Positions 1 to 8,458 of a stretch of DNA of 52,529 nucleotides are shown here, piece by piece. Source of the stretch: a virus (taxonomy: Duplodnaviria > Caudoviricetes); the IMG/VR virus record IMGVR_UViG_3300032342_000011, positions 1 through 52,529 of that record; one strand, given 5' to 3'. The notes under the pieces are model-generated. The model was not told the DNA's origin and searched no databases. It was given only the letters and a program-made list of their open reading frames with translations. A program made the translations under genes and the position numbers. The stretch's first letter is position 1. Each line of letters starts with the position of its first letter.

Positions 1-177
1 GCTAATAAGATGGTCAATAAGATGTTGTATCTTCTGTTCGATCGGTGTATCGATGTCTTGGTATGTTGAACTCACCCACGGTGAATCACAACAACCACAA
101 GAAGAAATATACAGTTTGTGTTTTACGCAAATTGCTTTGTAGTCTGCTAGAAACATATCAAGTTGTTCACGTGTCAT
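1..177 (-). CDS. Hypothetical protein, 3'-truncated by the window edge (CGCCDSPW motif)
   Basis: ATG at 177 overlaps the clamp-loader stop (ATGA). The frame MTREQLDMFLADYKAICVKHKLYISSCGCCDSPW... stays open to position 1. Not in the ORF track. Confidence 0.65.
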   Translation of the reverse strand, partial: MTREQLDMFLADYKAICVKHKLYISSCGCCDSPWVSSTYQDIDTPIEQKIQHLIDHLIS

Positions 178-1151
178 ATTTGTCCCAGTCTAATTAACAT
201 TGCTGCCGTGTTGATCTCTGCATCCGCACAAATCCCGTGCTTATATAGGTGCTCAGCAATAATTGTGATACCTTCTTCCCACTTGTCTGTCTTGGCAAAT
301 TTTGTTGAACGGTGTAGATTCTCATAAAGAAATCTGTATACATCCTCCCATTCGCCATTTGTTACGGTTCCACAGATAACCTTTCGTGCCTCAATCCATC
401 CGTCAACCTCGATTAAATCGAGTAGTTGTAGTTTGTAATCACCTGTCTCTGCAGATGTCGATGTTGGAGAATGTAAAATACCATTAATTGTTCCAAGCTG
501 GATCGAATTTATGATCTTTCGAATGTCTGGATAACCAACAGCAATATATTTGTCAACATCATCGAGGTTGAATTGAACTTTTTCCGCAAGTAGGATTCTT
601 GCAACAAGTTCAGCTATCTCGTCTGTATTGAATGCTTTGAATCTTAATTCCTGACATCTTCCAATAATTGGAGGAATGATCTTGTTAACATAGTTGCACG
701 TGAGGACGAATCGTGCTGTATCGACGTATTCTTCCATTAACATACGAAGAATTGCCTGGCCATTTGGCGTAATGTAGTCGGCTTCTTCTAGAACAACTAC
801 CTTAAAATCACCAAGTGCAAAGGTTGTAACGAATCCTTTAATCTTGTCTCGAATTGTATCAACATTATTCTCATCAGATGCGTTGATTTGCATATGGTCA
901 ATAAGGTTAACACCAAGTTCTTTAAGAAGGATTCTGACGAGTGTTGTTTTCCCCGATCCAGGTACACCCGAGAGTAATAAGTGTGGGATACTTTTTTGAT
1001 CGATCATCTTCTGTATGATCTTGCGATGTTGCTCTGATTGGAATAGGTAACTTGATAAGTCTTTTGGTCGATATTTCTCGACCCATAGTTTTTCTAAACC
1101 TACTGATGAAATTTCTGTACTTTGTTTGAAATTTTGTGGTGTTATTGTCAT
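174..1151 (-). CDS. Sliding-clamp loader AAA+ subunit (T4 gp44/RFC small subunit-like)
   Basis: WVEKYRP RFC box, Walker A GVPGSGKTT, INASDE, Walker B variant VVLEEAD, FVLTCNY sensor, GRC (SRC-like) motif. Confidence 0.95.
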   Translation of the reverse strand: MTITPQNFKQSTEISSVGLEKLWVEKYRPKDLSSYLFQSEQHRKIIQKMIDQKSIPHLLLSGVPGSGKTTLVRILLKELGVNLIDHMQINASDENNVDTIRDKIKGFVTTFALGDFKVVVLEEADYITPNGQAILRMLMEEYVDTARFVLTCNYVNKIIPPIIGRCQELRFKAFNTDEIAELVARILLAEKVQFNLDDVDKYIAVGYPDIRKIINSIQLGTINGILHSPTSTSAETGDYKLQLLDLIEVDGWIEARKVICGTVTNGEWEDVYRFLYENLHRSTKFAKTDKWEEGITIIAEHLYKHGICADAEINTAAMLIRLGQI

Positions 1152-1169
1152 ATTATTGTTCTAGATAAG

Positions 1170-1211
1170 ATTATATCAAATAATCTTACAGGAAAATAAA
1201 AGGAAAATCAA
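1170..1211 (-). promoter_or_regulatory. Sigma70-like promoter(s) upstream of the clamp loader
   Basis: Minus strand TTGATT-17 nt-TAAGAT (1211-1183), plus a perfect extended -10 TGATATAAT (1178-1170). Confidence 0.5.
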
Positions 1212-1216
1212 GAGGG

Positions 1217-2353
1217 TTATGGAGTTAATGAAGACCTACGAATTCTTCTTACAGCCTTTGACTTTTGTTCTTCGTGGTGCTTTTTATGCTGTTCTAGATG
1301 TGCCTCAATCTGATGTTTGAGGGTGATATCTTGCGATGATAGTATTGGTTGTTTATTAAGAAGTTCAAGTTCGGCAATAAGAAGTGGTATATCAGTAGTT
1401 TCAACATTAGTAATTCTTTCTGGTTGTTCAACTGGTTGTTGCTTAACTTCAGCTAGCTCAACAATGTCGGGTTCGGGTTCATCAAATGATACTTCACCAT
1501 TGTCATTGGAATTAAGTTCTAATGGCGACGGTTTCACAGAAGTACCAGTATCAATAAGTGATTTTTGGGGTTCGTTTAAAAACAAATCAGGAACTATTGT
1601 AAGTGGATTATTGACTGGTACAGATGGACCCTCTGCATATGATGCCTTTAAGACATCCAGTGAAGACTTCTCTTCCTGTCTAACCTTAATCGCGATGTTT
1701 GTTGCAATTGTTAAAGCAACAGCTAGTGGATCGAATACTATGATCAACATTAAAATTAGCCATTTTGTTGCATCATCAATTGTCATTCCTGAAGCACGAG
1801 CAATGTAAATAATTGGACCTACATGAGCTTCTACCTTGATAACATCTGAACTTAGTTTCTGAATCTCGGTCGTAATTTGTGGTAGTCTTGCATTAATTTG
1901 TTTTGTTTCACTTGCAAACGATTGAATCAATTTTTGACGACCACGAACATACTCGGGAGGAAGTTGTGCTATTTGAGCATCAATTTCTTTCTTTCTCTGT
2001 TGCAATGTCGCTTGTTCTTCTCGAAGTAACTGAATTTGAGTAGTTGTATCTTTATAGTTAATAGTATCTTGTTGGTAGCCAGCACTGAGATATCCAAAAT
2101 GTCCAATTGCGGTAATTACCATCAACAATATAACTGCCGTTACTAAGTATGCTTTTAAACTGTAAAAGATTTTATTCCAGAACTTATACAAAAAAGAGGC
2201 TGTAATTAATTTTCCACACTCGAGTACTATTCCCATTATCACGATGGACCAAAATATACCACCAAAAGTGTGCGCCAATCCCCATACACTAAAAAAAGCC
2301 GAAATGGTTGCAAGCGAAAGGGTCACTGCAACTAACATAGAAATAAATATCAT
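1217..2353 (-). CDS. Membrane protein with a coiled coil and a disordered C-terminal tail
   Basis: About three N-terminal hydrophobic helices, a ~90-aa heptad-rich segment, a further TM (WLILMLIIVFDPLAVAL), then an acidic/Pro-rich tail. Confidence 0.75.
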   Translation of the reverse strand: MIFISMLVAVTLSLATISAFFSVWGLAHTFGGIFWSIVIMGIVLECGKLITASFLYKFWNKIFYSLKAYLVTAVILLMVITAIGHFGYLSAGYQQDTINYKDTTTQIQLLREEQATLQQRKKEIDAQIAQLPPEYVRGRQKLIQSFASETKQINARLPQITTEIQKLSSDVIKVEAHVGPIIYIARASGMTIDDATKWLILMLIIVFDPLAVALTIATNIAIKVRQEEKSSLDVLKASYAEGPSVPVNNPLTIVPDLFLNEPQKSLIDTGTSVKPSPLELNSNDNGEVSFDEPEPDIVELAEVKQQPVEQPERITNVETTDIPLLIAELELLNKQPILSSQDITLKHQIEAHLEQHKKHHEEQKSKAVRRIRRSSLTP

Positions 2354-2403
2354 TGTATTCCTTGCTGGTTATGATAAATAATCAAAAATACCCTGTCCTA
2401 TAT

Positions 2404-3318
2404 ATGAACAAACTAAAGTCATTAACACAACTTATAAGCGAATGTAAAAACGTTCACGGTGATAAGTATGATTATTCACGTGTCGTATATAAAGGTACAC
2501 ACGTGAAAGTCACAATCGTTTGTTATGTTCACGGTGAGTTTAAACAAGCACCAGTCTCTCATATAAGCTTACGACAAGGCTGTCCACAGTGTTATGGGAA
2601 TAAAAAGAAGACAACTGTCGACTTTATACGAGATGCTATTGAGGTACACAGAACAAAATACTCTTATGACTTTGTAGACTATAAAAATAGTGACACAAAA
2701 GTCACAATTGTTTGCCCATTGCATGGAAAATTTGATCAGACTCCTAAAAATCATATTATTCGAAAATCGGGCTGTCCGTGGTGCGTTAATCGTGCCAGAT
2801 TATCAACAGAACAGTTTGTTGTGAGAGCACAAACGATACATAGTTACGATTTTGATTACAGTCAAGTTGTTTACCAAAATATGACAACACCCGTGGTAAT
2901 AATTTGTCCATTTCATGGTCCATGGAAAACTTTACCAACAATTCATCTACATAGTAATACTGGATGTCCAATATGTTCAACTTCAAAGGGGGAAAAACGA
3001 ATTCGGGCGTTTCTTGAAAGTAACAATATTAAGTTTATTCCTCAATATAGTCCAAAGGATTTGACAAACATTACAAAAAAGGCACACTATAGATATGACT
3101 TTTATTTGCCTGATCATAATATCTTAGTGGAATTCGACGGTCTTCAGCATCAGAAATTTGTTCAGAGATGGCATAAGACAGAAGAAGGTTTTGTAAGATC
3201 AAAACAAAGAGACACCATTAAAACACAATATGCTGCTAGTAAAAATATCCAGCTTATTAGGATACCATACAAGAACATGGATATGATTGATCAGATATTG
3301 ACAGAAGAATTATTGTAG
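2404..3318 (+). CDS. Free-standing homing endonuclease: three zinc-ribbon repeats (DUF723-like) plus a C-terminal Vsr/DUF559-like PD-(D/E)xK nuclease
   Basis: Three repeats of VHGxKYDYSxVxY...CxxHG...GCPxC, then SKGE...YDFYLP...EFDGxQH. It lies opposite to its neighbours. ATG 2404 chosen because it is downstream of ATAAATA at 2374. Confidence 0.85.
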   Translation: MNKLKSLTQLISECKNVHGDKYDYSRVVYKGTHVKVTIVCYVHGEFKQAPVSHISLRQGCPQCYGNKKKTTVDFIRDAIEVHRTKYSYDFVDYKNSDTKVTIVCPLHGKFDQTPKNHIIRKSGCPWCVNRARLSTEQFVVRAQTIHSYDFDYSQVVYQNMTTPVVIICPFHGPWKTLPTIHLHSNTGCPICSTSKGEKRIRAFLESNNIKFIPQYSPKDLTNITKKAHYRYDFYLPDHNILVEFDGLQHQKFVQRWHKTEEGFVRSKQRDTIKTQYAASKNIQLIRIPYKNMDMIDQILTEELL

Positions 3319-3615
3319 ACTATCTCCGTCGATTGCTACAATATCTTGGTACGTTGTCCGCCAAATCTTAATATCGTCATATGACATTCCAGGAGTCCAT
3401 CGTAGTGGTGCAATTAAAACATCAACGCCTGGTTTAATGCGGTCATCTGTGATACGAGACCCAAAAGCGATAACCTTACCCCATCGACAGTGAGTTGCTG
3501 ATCTTTGAAAATCCGGGATCAATAAAATCCCACTTTCTCTTCTTTCTGTAAATTTCCCACCAACGATACCATCGTAGAATGCGAACAGAATATTATCACC
3601 GACTGGTGCCAACAT
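3310..3615 (-). CDS. groES: Co-chaperonin GroES-like (T4 gp31 analogue)
   Basis: LAPVGDNILF, mobile loop ERRESGILLIP, GKVIAFG, IKPGVDVL, DIVAI. ATG 3615 follows an AGGGA RBS. Confidence 0.85.
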   Translation of the reverse strand: MLAPVGDNILFAFYDGIVGGKFTERRESGILLIPDFQRSATHCRWGKVIAFGSRITDDRIKPGVDVLIAPLRWTPGMSYDDIKIWRTTYQDIVAIDGDSLQ

Positions 3616-3628
3616 ATAAAATTCCCTT

Positions 3629-3862
3629 TTACTTTGTTTCTTGTGATAACTTTGGATCAACTTCAATCGGTGCTACAGCTACGACAGTTGTGTCTTTTGT
3701 ACGCTTTTTGCGTCTCTGTCGACGTGCTGTTAGATCCTCACTTTTTTGCAAGATGAGTTCTTGAGCTCCAGATATAGTAGCTCCTTCAAGTTGTGCTTTA
3801 ATTCTCAAGAGGTCGAAGTCTACTTCAATGCCTCTTGCACTACGAACGATACGACGTGCCAT
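3629..3862 (-). CDS. Small basic hypothetical protein
   Basis: AGGAG RBS and an ATAAATA late promoter at 3885-3891. Starts MARRIVRSARGIEVDFD. Confidence 0.7.
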   Translation of the reverse strand: MARRIVRSARGIEVDFDLLRIKAQLEGATISGAQELILQKSEDLTARRQRRKKRTKDTTVVAVAPIEVDPKLSQETK

Positions 3863-3891
3863 AATTACACTCCTAGGTCGTAATTATTTAT

Positions 3892-4437
3892 TCAGGGTTT
3901 TATGAAGTCTTCAATATCCAAATCGTGTTCAACACTATCAATATCGTGAACTTCAAGTAAGTACAACACATAGGAGGACACACTACTTCCTCGACCCACA
4001 CCCCAAACAATATTATGTGTCTTGAAGGTATCTATAATATACACCATCAATCTCAAAACATTGTACAAATTGTGTTGTTTATATAACTCCAATTCTTGTG
4101 CGATCCGTAGTTCTCTTTTCTCAATTTCTGCTACTGTCAACCCATCAAAGTGAAACTCTGAATAGAACTTTGTTACAATATAATCAACGACATCGAGCGT
4201 CTTGTACTTTTCAGGTATGTTCCACGAGAAGTCTAGATCGTTACAATGTGGTTTTACAGTAATTCGTTTATCAACCCCAACAAGTTTATTGTACTTATCA
4301 AGTTCAGTATTGATAGAACTAACAAATACATTGTCTAAATTTCGTTTACGTTTGACAAGGTCAAGTAACACAGATGGGTCAACTGTTGTTGACCCATCAA
4401 ACCAGAGTTTTCTATCTGTTAGAGATGTGTACATCAT
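3892..4437 (-). CDS. dnaE: DNA polymerase III alpha (DnaE) partial subunit, one part of a split polymerase
   Basis: RIAQEL...WGVGRGSSVSSYVLYLLEVHDIDS matches the DnaE GxGRGS region. Only 181 aa. Confidence 0.85.
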   Translation of the reverse strand: MMYTSLTDRKLWFDGSTTVDPSVLLDLVKRKRNLDNVFVSSINTELDKYNKLVGVDKRITVKPHCNDLDFSWNIPEKYKTLDVVDYIVTKFYSEFHFDGLTVAEIEKRELRIAQELELYKQHNLYNVLRLMVYIIDTFKTHNIVWGVGRGSSVSSYVLYLLEVHDIDSVEHDLDIEDFIKP

Positions 4438-4934
4438 AAAAACTGTCTTGGTTGATAATTGGCTCCAGATAAGTCTGATGGGGTAGTCTCATTCCCGAGT
4501 CCACCAAGTGATGGTGGTGCATCAACACGAGCAGTAGGACCACCTGTTGGCATTGTAGTTGACATCTTTGGAAGATTCGTCGGTCGAAGATGTTCTGGAA
4601 GGTTCGCAAATGCTGATGGTGGTGGCATTAGAGGAGCATCTGCTCGATCGAGTGGTATCTCACCAGAAATAAATCCTGGTGGTACTGCTGATGGGGAAGC
4701 TGACACACTCGATCGACGATTTGCAATGTCAGCTTGTTGCTTTACAGTTTGTAATTGTTCGTTTACTCGTTGTTGAACGAGTTGATCAATAGATGTGCCT
4801 AACCCCTCAACACTATCAATCTTCGCACGAATTTTAATCCATTGATCTCGACTTGGAGACCAATCATCTGGTTGCATATCTTCAATACCAGATAACCAAG
4901 CTCTAAATTCAATCATTGTTATCTTATTGTTCAT
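4434..4934 (-). CDS. Hypothetical protein with a Pro-rich C-terminus
   Basis: Translationally coupled to the downstream gene. N-terminal EFRAWLSGIEDMQPDDWSP..QW motif. Confidence 0.75.
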   Translation of the reverse strand: MNNKITMIEFRAWLSGIEDMQPDDWSPSRDQWIKIRAKIDSVEGLGTSIDQLVQQRVNEQLQTVKQQADIANRRSSVSASPSAVPPGFISGEIPLDRADAPLMPPPSAFANLPEHLRPTNLPKMSTTMPTGGPTARVDAPPSLGGLGNETTPSDLSGANYQPRQFL

Positions 4935-4948
4935 AATTTCATCCTATT

Positions 4949-5461
4949 TCATCCTATTTCAAACTTTTGTTTCCTGTTATTTATCAACGAAAAACTCACA
5001 TGAACCCATCCACTCATTGGATCATTTGGTCGGAAATACTCAAGAATCAGTTGATCATATGCAGGTATGTTTTTCTCAACCCAATCTGCAAGTACAGGAT
5101 TTGGAACTCCAGGGATTTGAACGTCAACAGCTTCACCTTTTGGATGGCTCTTGAGAGCAAAATACTGTTTCCATGATTCAGCATTTGCTTTGATTCCCTT
5201 TCGGGCGCACCATGTTTTCCAAGCAGCATCGTTGATTGCTTTTTCGAGTTTCTCACCACGATACCATGATGTTGGTGCAAATGGTATTCCGAAATGTTCA
5301 CGAATTGGATCGAGAACGTTAACAGCAACGGCTTGAGCTGCTACGAGAGTTGGTTGTGTTGGTGTATTATCAATCATTAGACGAGTTGCAGTATCAGACT
5401 TTGCAATCTCATACATCTTGAAGTATCTGCTTATTGGTTTTGTTGGATCATATATTAACAT
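4949..5461 (-). CDS. Peptidase M15 (D-Ala-D-Ala carboxypeptidase-like), probable peptidoglycan hydrolase/endolysin
   Basis: SWYR, HPKGEAVD (HxxGxAxD) and WVHVS zinc-binding motifs. GGAG RBS. Confidence 0.85.
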   Translation of the reverse strand: MLIYDPTKPISRYFKMYEIAKSDTATRLMIDNTPTQPTLVAAQAVAVNVLDPIREHFGIPFAPTSWYRGEKLEKAINDAAWKTWCARKGIKANAESWKQYFALKSHPKGEAVDVQIPGVPNPVLADWVEKNIPAYDQLILEYFRPNDPMSGWVHVSFSLINNRKQKFEIG

Positions 5462-5491
5462 GTTTATCTCCAGGTTGGATTAGTTCTTGCA

Positions 5492-5977
5492 TCATAATAG
5501 GTCTCCGACGATTTTGTCTTTCAAATACTTATTATAGACATCCGTTGGTGAAACGTTTATCCAAAGGTGTTCAGCAACAGGATGGCATAACATTTGGTGT
5601 TTGTTTAATGAAGGACCAATATTACGATTGAGTTGCGTATAGTCGACGGCAATTACACTTGCTCCGAGTGGTTTATTAACATAAGGACCACCGATAAGTG
5701 CTGTAAATTGACGACCTGGTAGGTCTCTAATTTTTACTGTATCAAGTTGCATTGTCTCCTGATCATAGACAAGCAAGTACCAAATTGTTGGAAGGATTAT
5801 ATCAAATCCTTCAATTCTTATTGTTAGTGCTGGACATGTAATCTCTTCCAAAATTGGAATTGGAGCAAGACAGTAGTCCATTAGAGAAAGATTCAGTATC
5901 CACATATGTCTTGTCACAAGAGGAGTGTACATTGACTCTATTATTATAGGTTTTGTGGCATCGTCAAATATCATCAT
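5492..5977 (-). CDS. Hypothetical protein, possibly a degenerate Hint-like fold
   Basis: ATGA overlap with uvsW. The beta-strand pattern resembles Hint domains but lacks the catalytic residues. Confidence 0.7.
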   Translation of the reverse strand: MMIFDDATKPIIIESMYTPLVTRHMWILNLSLMDYCLAPIPILEEITCPALTIRIEGFDIILPTIWYLLVYDQETMQLDTVKIRDLPGRQFTALIGGPYVNKPLGASVIAVDYTQLNRNIGPSLNKHQMLCHPVAEHLWINVSPTDVYNKYLKDKIVGDLL

Positions 5978-7491
5978 TTTTGGTCACCAAATCCTGAAAA
6001 GAATTCTCGTTCAAGCCCTGTTGTTTCTTTTGAGTAGTAATCAACGGTATACTTCTTGAACGGATAGTTTGCTTCTTGGTAATACTTTATTCTTTTCTGC
6101 AGATGCTGCTTACTATACTTGAGATCACTACAAATGTCAATGACATCCACGTGATTTTTATCTTTACTCTTTCGAAGTCCACGTCCAATTGCTTGAATCG
6201 TTCGAATAAAAGACTTTCCCATATCAACGAGAACAAGATTAAAAATTCGATCAATGTTAATTCCGACGCCAGCAATCTGCACTGTTGCTATGACAACAAG
6301 ATTGTTATTGTGTTCAAAAAGATCGAATACCTCTTGTCTTGTTTCACGATCCGTTTTTCCTGAGATGAATCTCGACTCAGGAATTATCTTATGTAACTTG
6401 CGCCCAAAAGGAACCGATGTTACAAGACACAAAACATTTCCTTTATGTCTTTGGCTCTTCTCCACCAAAAAGTCAGCAATCCAACTTCGTCGGTCATCAT
6501 TGAGTTCGAGGAACTGCTTCTCAAGTTCATATGTTGTGATCTTTGTGTCGAGATCATAATCATCTACAACGATTTGATCATTAAGTTGCATTGTATGAAC
6601 ATTTAATGTTGCTAACCATCCTTCTGTGATTAGGTCATCTGCAGTAACAGAGAACAATACGTCACCGAGAGCAACCTTAACTGCAAGTTTGTCAGCAGGT
6701 GCTTTCGGAAGAGTTCCTGTTAGACCAATACGGTATGGAATGTGGGCGCCATGGTTGTTAAGAAGTTCAGTAAGGACGCTACTTTTTACTTTATGACACT
6801 CGTCCACTACTACTACTTGAAACTCTTTTAGTACATGTGGGATATTTTTCAATGACTGCCATGTTGTCACCACATGTGTGTGTTTATAGTCCTTAATACT
6901 TGCTGATATTTCGCTAACGTCAAGATTGAAGAACTTGAATTCAGAAACAGTTCTATCAATTAGTGAAAGATTTGGTACAATCGTAATTGTCTTTAGACCC
7001 TGTTTTGCGTAGACATCAACAATACATGCATTTACAGATGTTTTTCCAGCTCCAGTTCCAGCAATAATAATTCCTTTACCTTCAGTAAGGGCATGGTTAA
7101 TTGCATCAACTTGATACCATCGCAATTGATATGGTTCGTTAGTTTTTGGATCTATGAACTCAGAAAAATAGTCACAATCAATTGGATCAATCTCAAGTCC
7201 CTTATGAACACGACGATCGTCAAGTTCTATTTCGTAACCAAATGCAATAACCTTTGGAACGATTTCAGGGAGTAGGTATTGATATGTCTTTCCAGTTTTC
7301 TGAAAAAACCGAATATTGCCGTCCCATTTCTTCAACTTGTATGAAGGAGCGAAAAAGTAGTTTTCCGCACGAACCCCGTACTCCTTATAGAAGTATTCGA
7401 TTTGATCTGGATGTAGACCAGTTATAAAGCAATTGACCTCATCAGTTAGGACTATTTTAGATTTCTTGGTATGTGTTTTCTCTACAATCAT
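5974..7491 (-). CDS. uvsW: UvsW-like superfamily 2 DNA helicase
   Basis: LRWYQ Q-motif, GTGAGKT, DECH, GLTGT, QAIGRGLR, and a T4 UvsW-like N-terminus (WDGNIRFF). Confidence 0.95.
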   Translation of the reverse strand: MIVEKTHTKKSKIVLTDEVNCFITGLHPDQIEYFYKEYGVRAENYFFAPSYKLKKWDGNIRFFQKTGKTYQYLLPEIVPKVIAFGYEIELDDRRVHKGLEIDPIDCDYFSEFIDPKTNEPYQLRWYQVDAINHALTEGKGIIIAGTGAGKTSVNACIVDVYAKQGLKTITIVPNLSLIDRTVSEFKFFNLDVSEISASIKDYKHTHVVTTWQSLKNIPHVLKEFQVVVVDECHKVKSSVLTELLNNHGAHIPYRIGLTGTLPKAPADKLAVKVALGDVLFSVTADDLITEGWLATLNVHTMQLNDQIVVDDYDLDTKITTYELEKQFLELNDDRRSWIADFLVEKSQRHKGNVLCLVTSVPFGRKLHKIIPESRFISGKTDRETRQEVFDLFEHNNNLVVIATVQIAGVGINIDRIFNLVLVDMGKSFIRTIQAIGRGLRKSKDKNHVDVIDICSDLKYSKQHLQKRIKYYQEANYPFKKYTVDYYSKETTGLEREFFSGFGDQK

Positions 7492-7961
7492 GTTATCATG
7501 TAGTCACTTGCCTCAGCGATCTTGAGTCGTGTTACGTTGTTTAACGCATACCCTCTCGTCTCAAACGCTTTGACAATCTCGTCATATTGATCATATCGTT
7601 CTTTGACAGCAAGAAACAGTGAAAGTTGTTTAACATATCTGTTGTCACTCTTTGTATACTGTGTTTTATCACGCCAGTCTAGATCGACGTTAAATCCTTC
7701 TGTGTACTCTCTCCACACTGATCCATGTGCTGAATCAAGTTGACCTTCCATAAACTTTACAATCGCTGCAAGTTCTGCACGTTTCCGTGCATATTCATAG
7801 TAGTATGATGCTTGCTCAATATTAGCACGCTCAATCGTTTTACCTTTGATTCTTATACGCGATTCAACTTCAACCTCATCAATGTTATAAAGTACTAGAA
7901 CATCAGGAAGGTTTGTTAAACTTTCACGTAAAGCTTCAATTGATTCAAGTGCTTGACTCAA
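7488..7961 (-). CDS. uvsY: UvsY-like recombination mediator
   Basis: Helical 157-aa protein with a C-terminal AFETRGYALNN (RGxxxN) motif, next to uvsW as in T4. Confidence 0.75.
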   Translation of the reverse strand: MSQALESIEALRESLTNLPDVLVLYNIDEVEVESRIRIKGKTIERANIEQASYYYEYARKRAELAAIVKFMEGQLDSAHGSVWREYTEGFNVDLDWRDKTQYTKSDNRYVKQLSLFLAVKERYDQYDEIVKAFETRGYALNNVTRLKIAEASDYMIT

Positions 7962-8458
7962 TGTAATACCCTTTTTGCTGTAGTAAGTGTTATTGGCACA
8001 TCCTCACTTTCATTCGTAACAGGGTGTTCGATAAGATGATTCTCTTGTAGTGCACGACGTACCTGTTGTGTAATTAATTCCTTCGCAAGTTGTTCCTCTT
8101 CGTCAACTCGTTTTTTAAACTCTTCGTTTGCATTATGAAGGAACACTAGAACATCCTGTCTTGATTGTTTGGCAATTATGTCCATTGGTATCCCAACAGT
8201 TACCACCCTAAATAGGTTTTCTTTTGGATCGACAACAATTCGACCTACAACTACAAGAACGTCTTTATCATTAAGGTGTACTGATACCCAATCGAATTGT
8301 TCTGGTGATTCTTTAAAAAATTCAACGATAGCATCGTACATAAATTGCAGCTGAAGGTTGATTTTTAATGTTATCGTTTTATGAATACCATCTCTTCTTT
8401 CAAACATTTCCTTAAGGTTGTCTTCGAAAAATTTAGGTGTATCAAGTTCAGGATTCAT
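7958..8458 (-). CDS. Hypothetical protein
   Basis: Overlaps both neighbours within the operon. Confidence 0.75.
   Translation of the reverse strand: MNPELDTPKFFEDNLKEMFERRDGIHKTITLKINLQLQFMYDAIVEFFKESPEQFDWVSVHLNDKDVLVVVGRIVVDPKENLFRVVTVGIPMDIIAKQSRQDVLVFLHNANEEFKKRVDEEEQLAKELITQQVRRALQENHLIEHPVTNESEDVPITLTTAKRVLH

Noticed and set aside
1317-1808. 163-aa plus-strand Ser-rich ORF
   Set aside because: Antisense shadow of the 1217-2353 membrane protein gene.
3892-4437. DnaE fragment as a pseudogene
   Set aside because: It has a clean coupled start, intact motifs, a distinct N-terminal extension and no frameshifted continuation downstream. This fits a functional split subunit better, though that is unproven.
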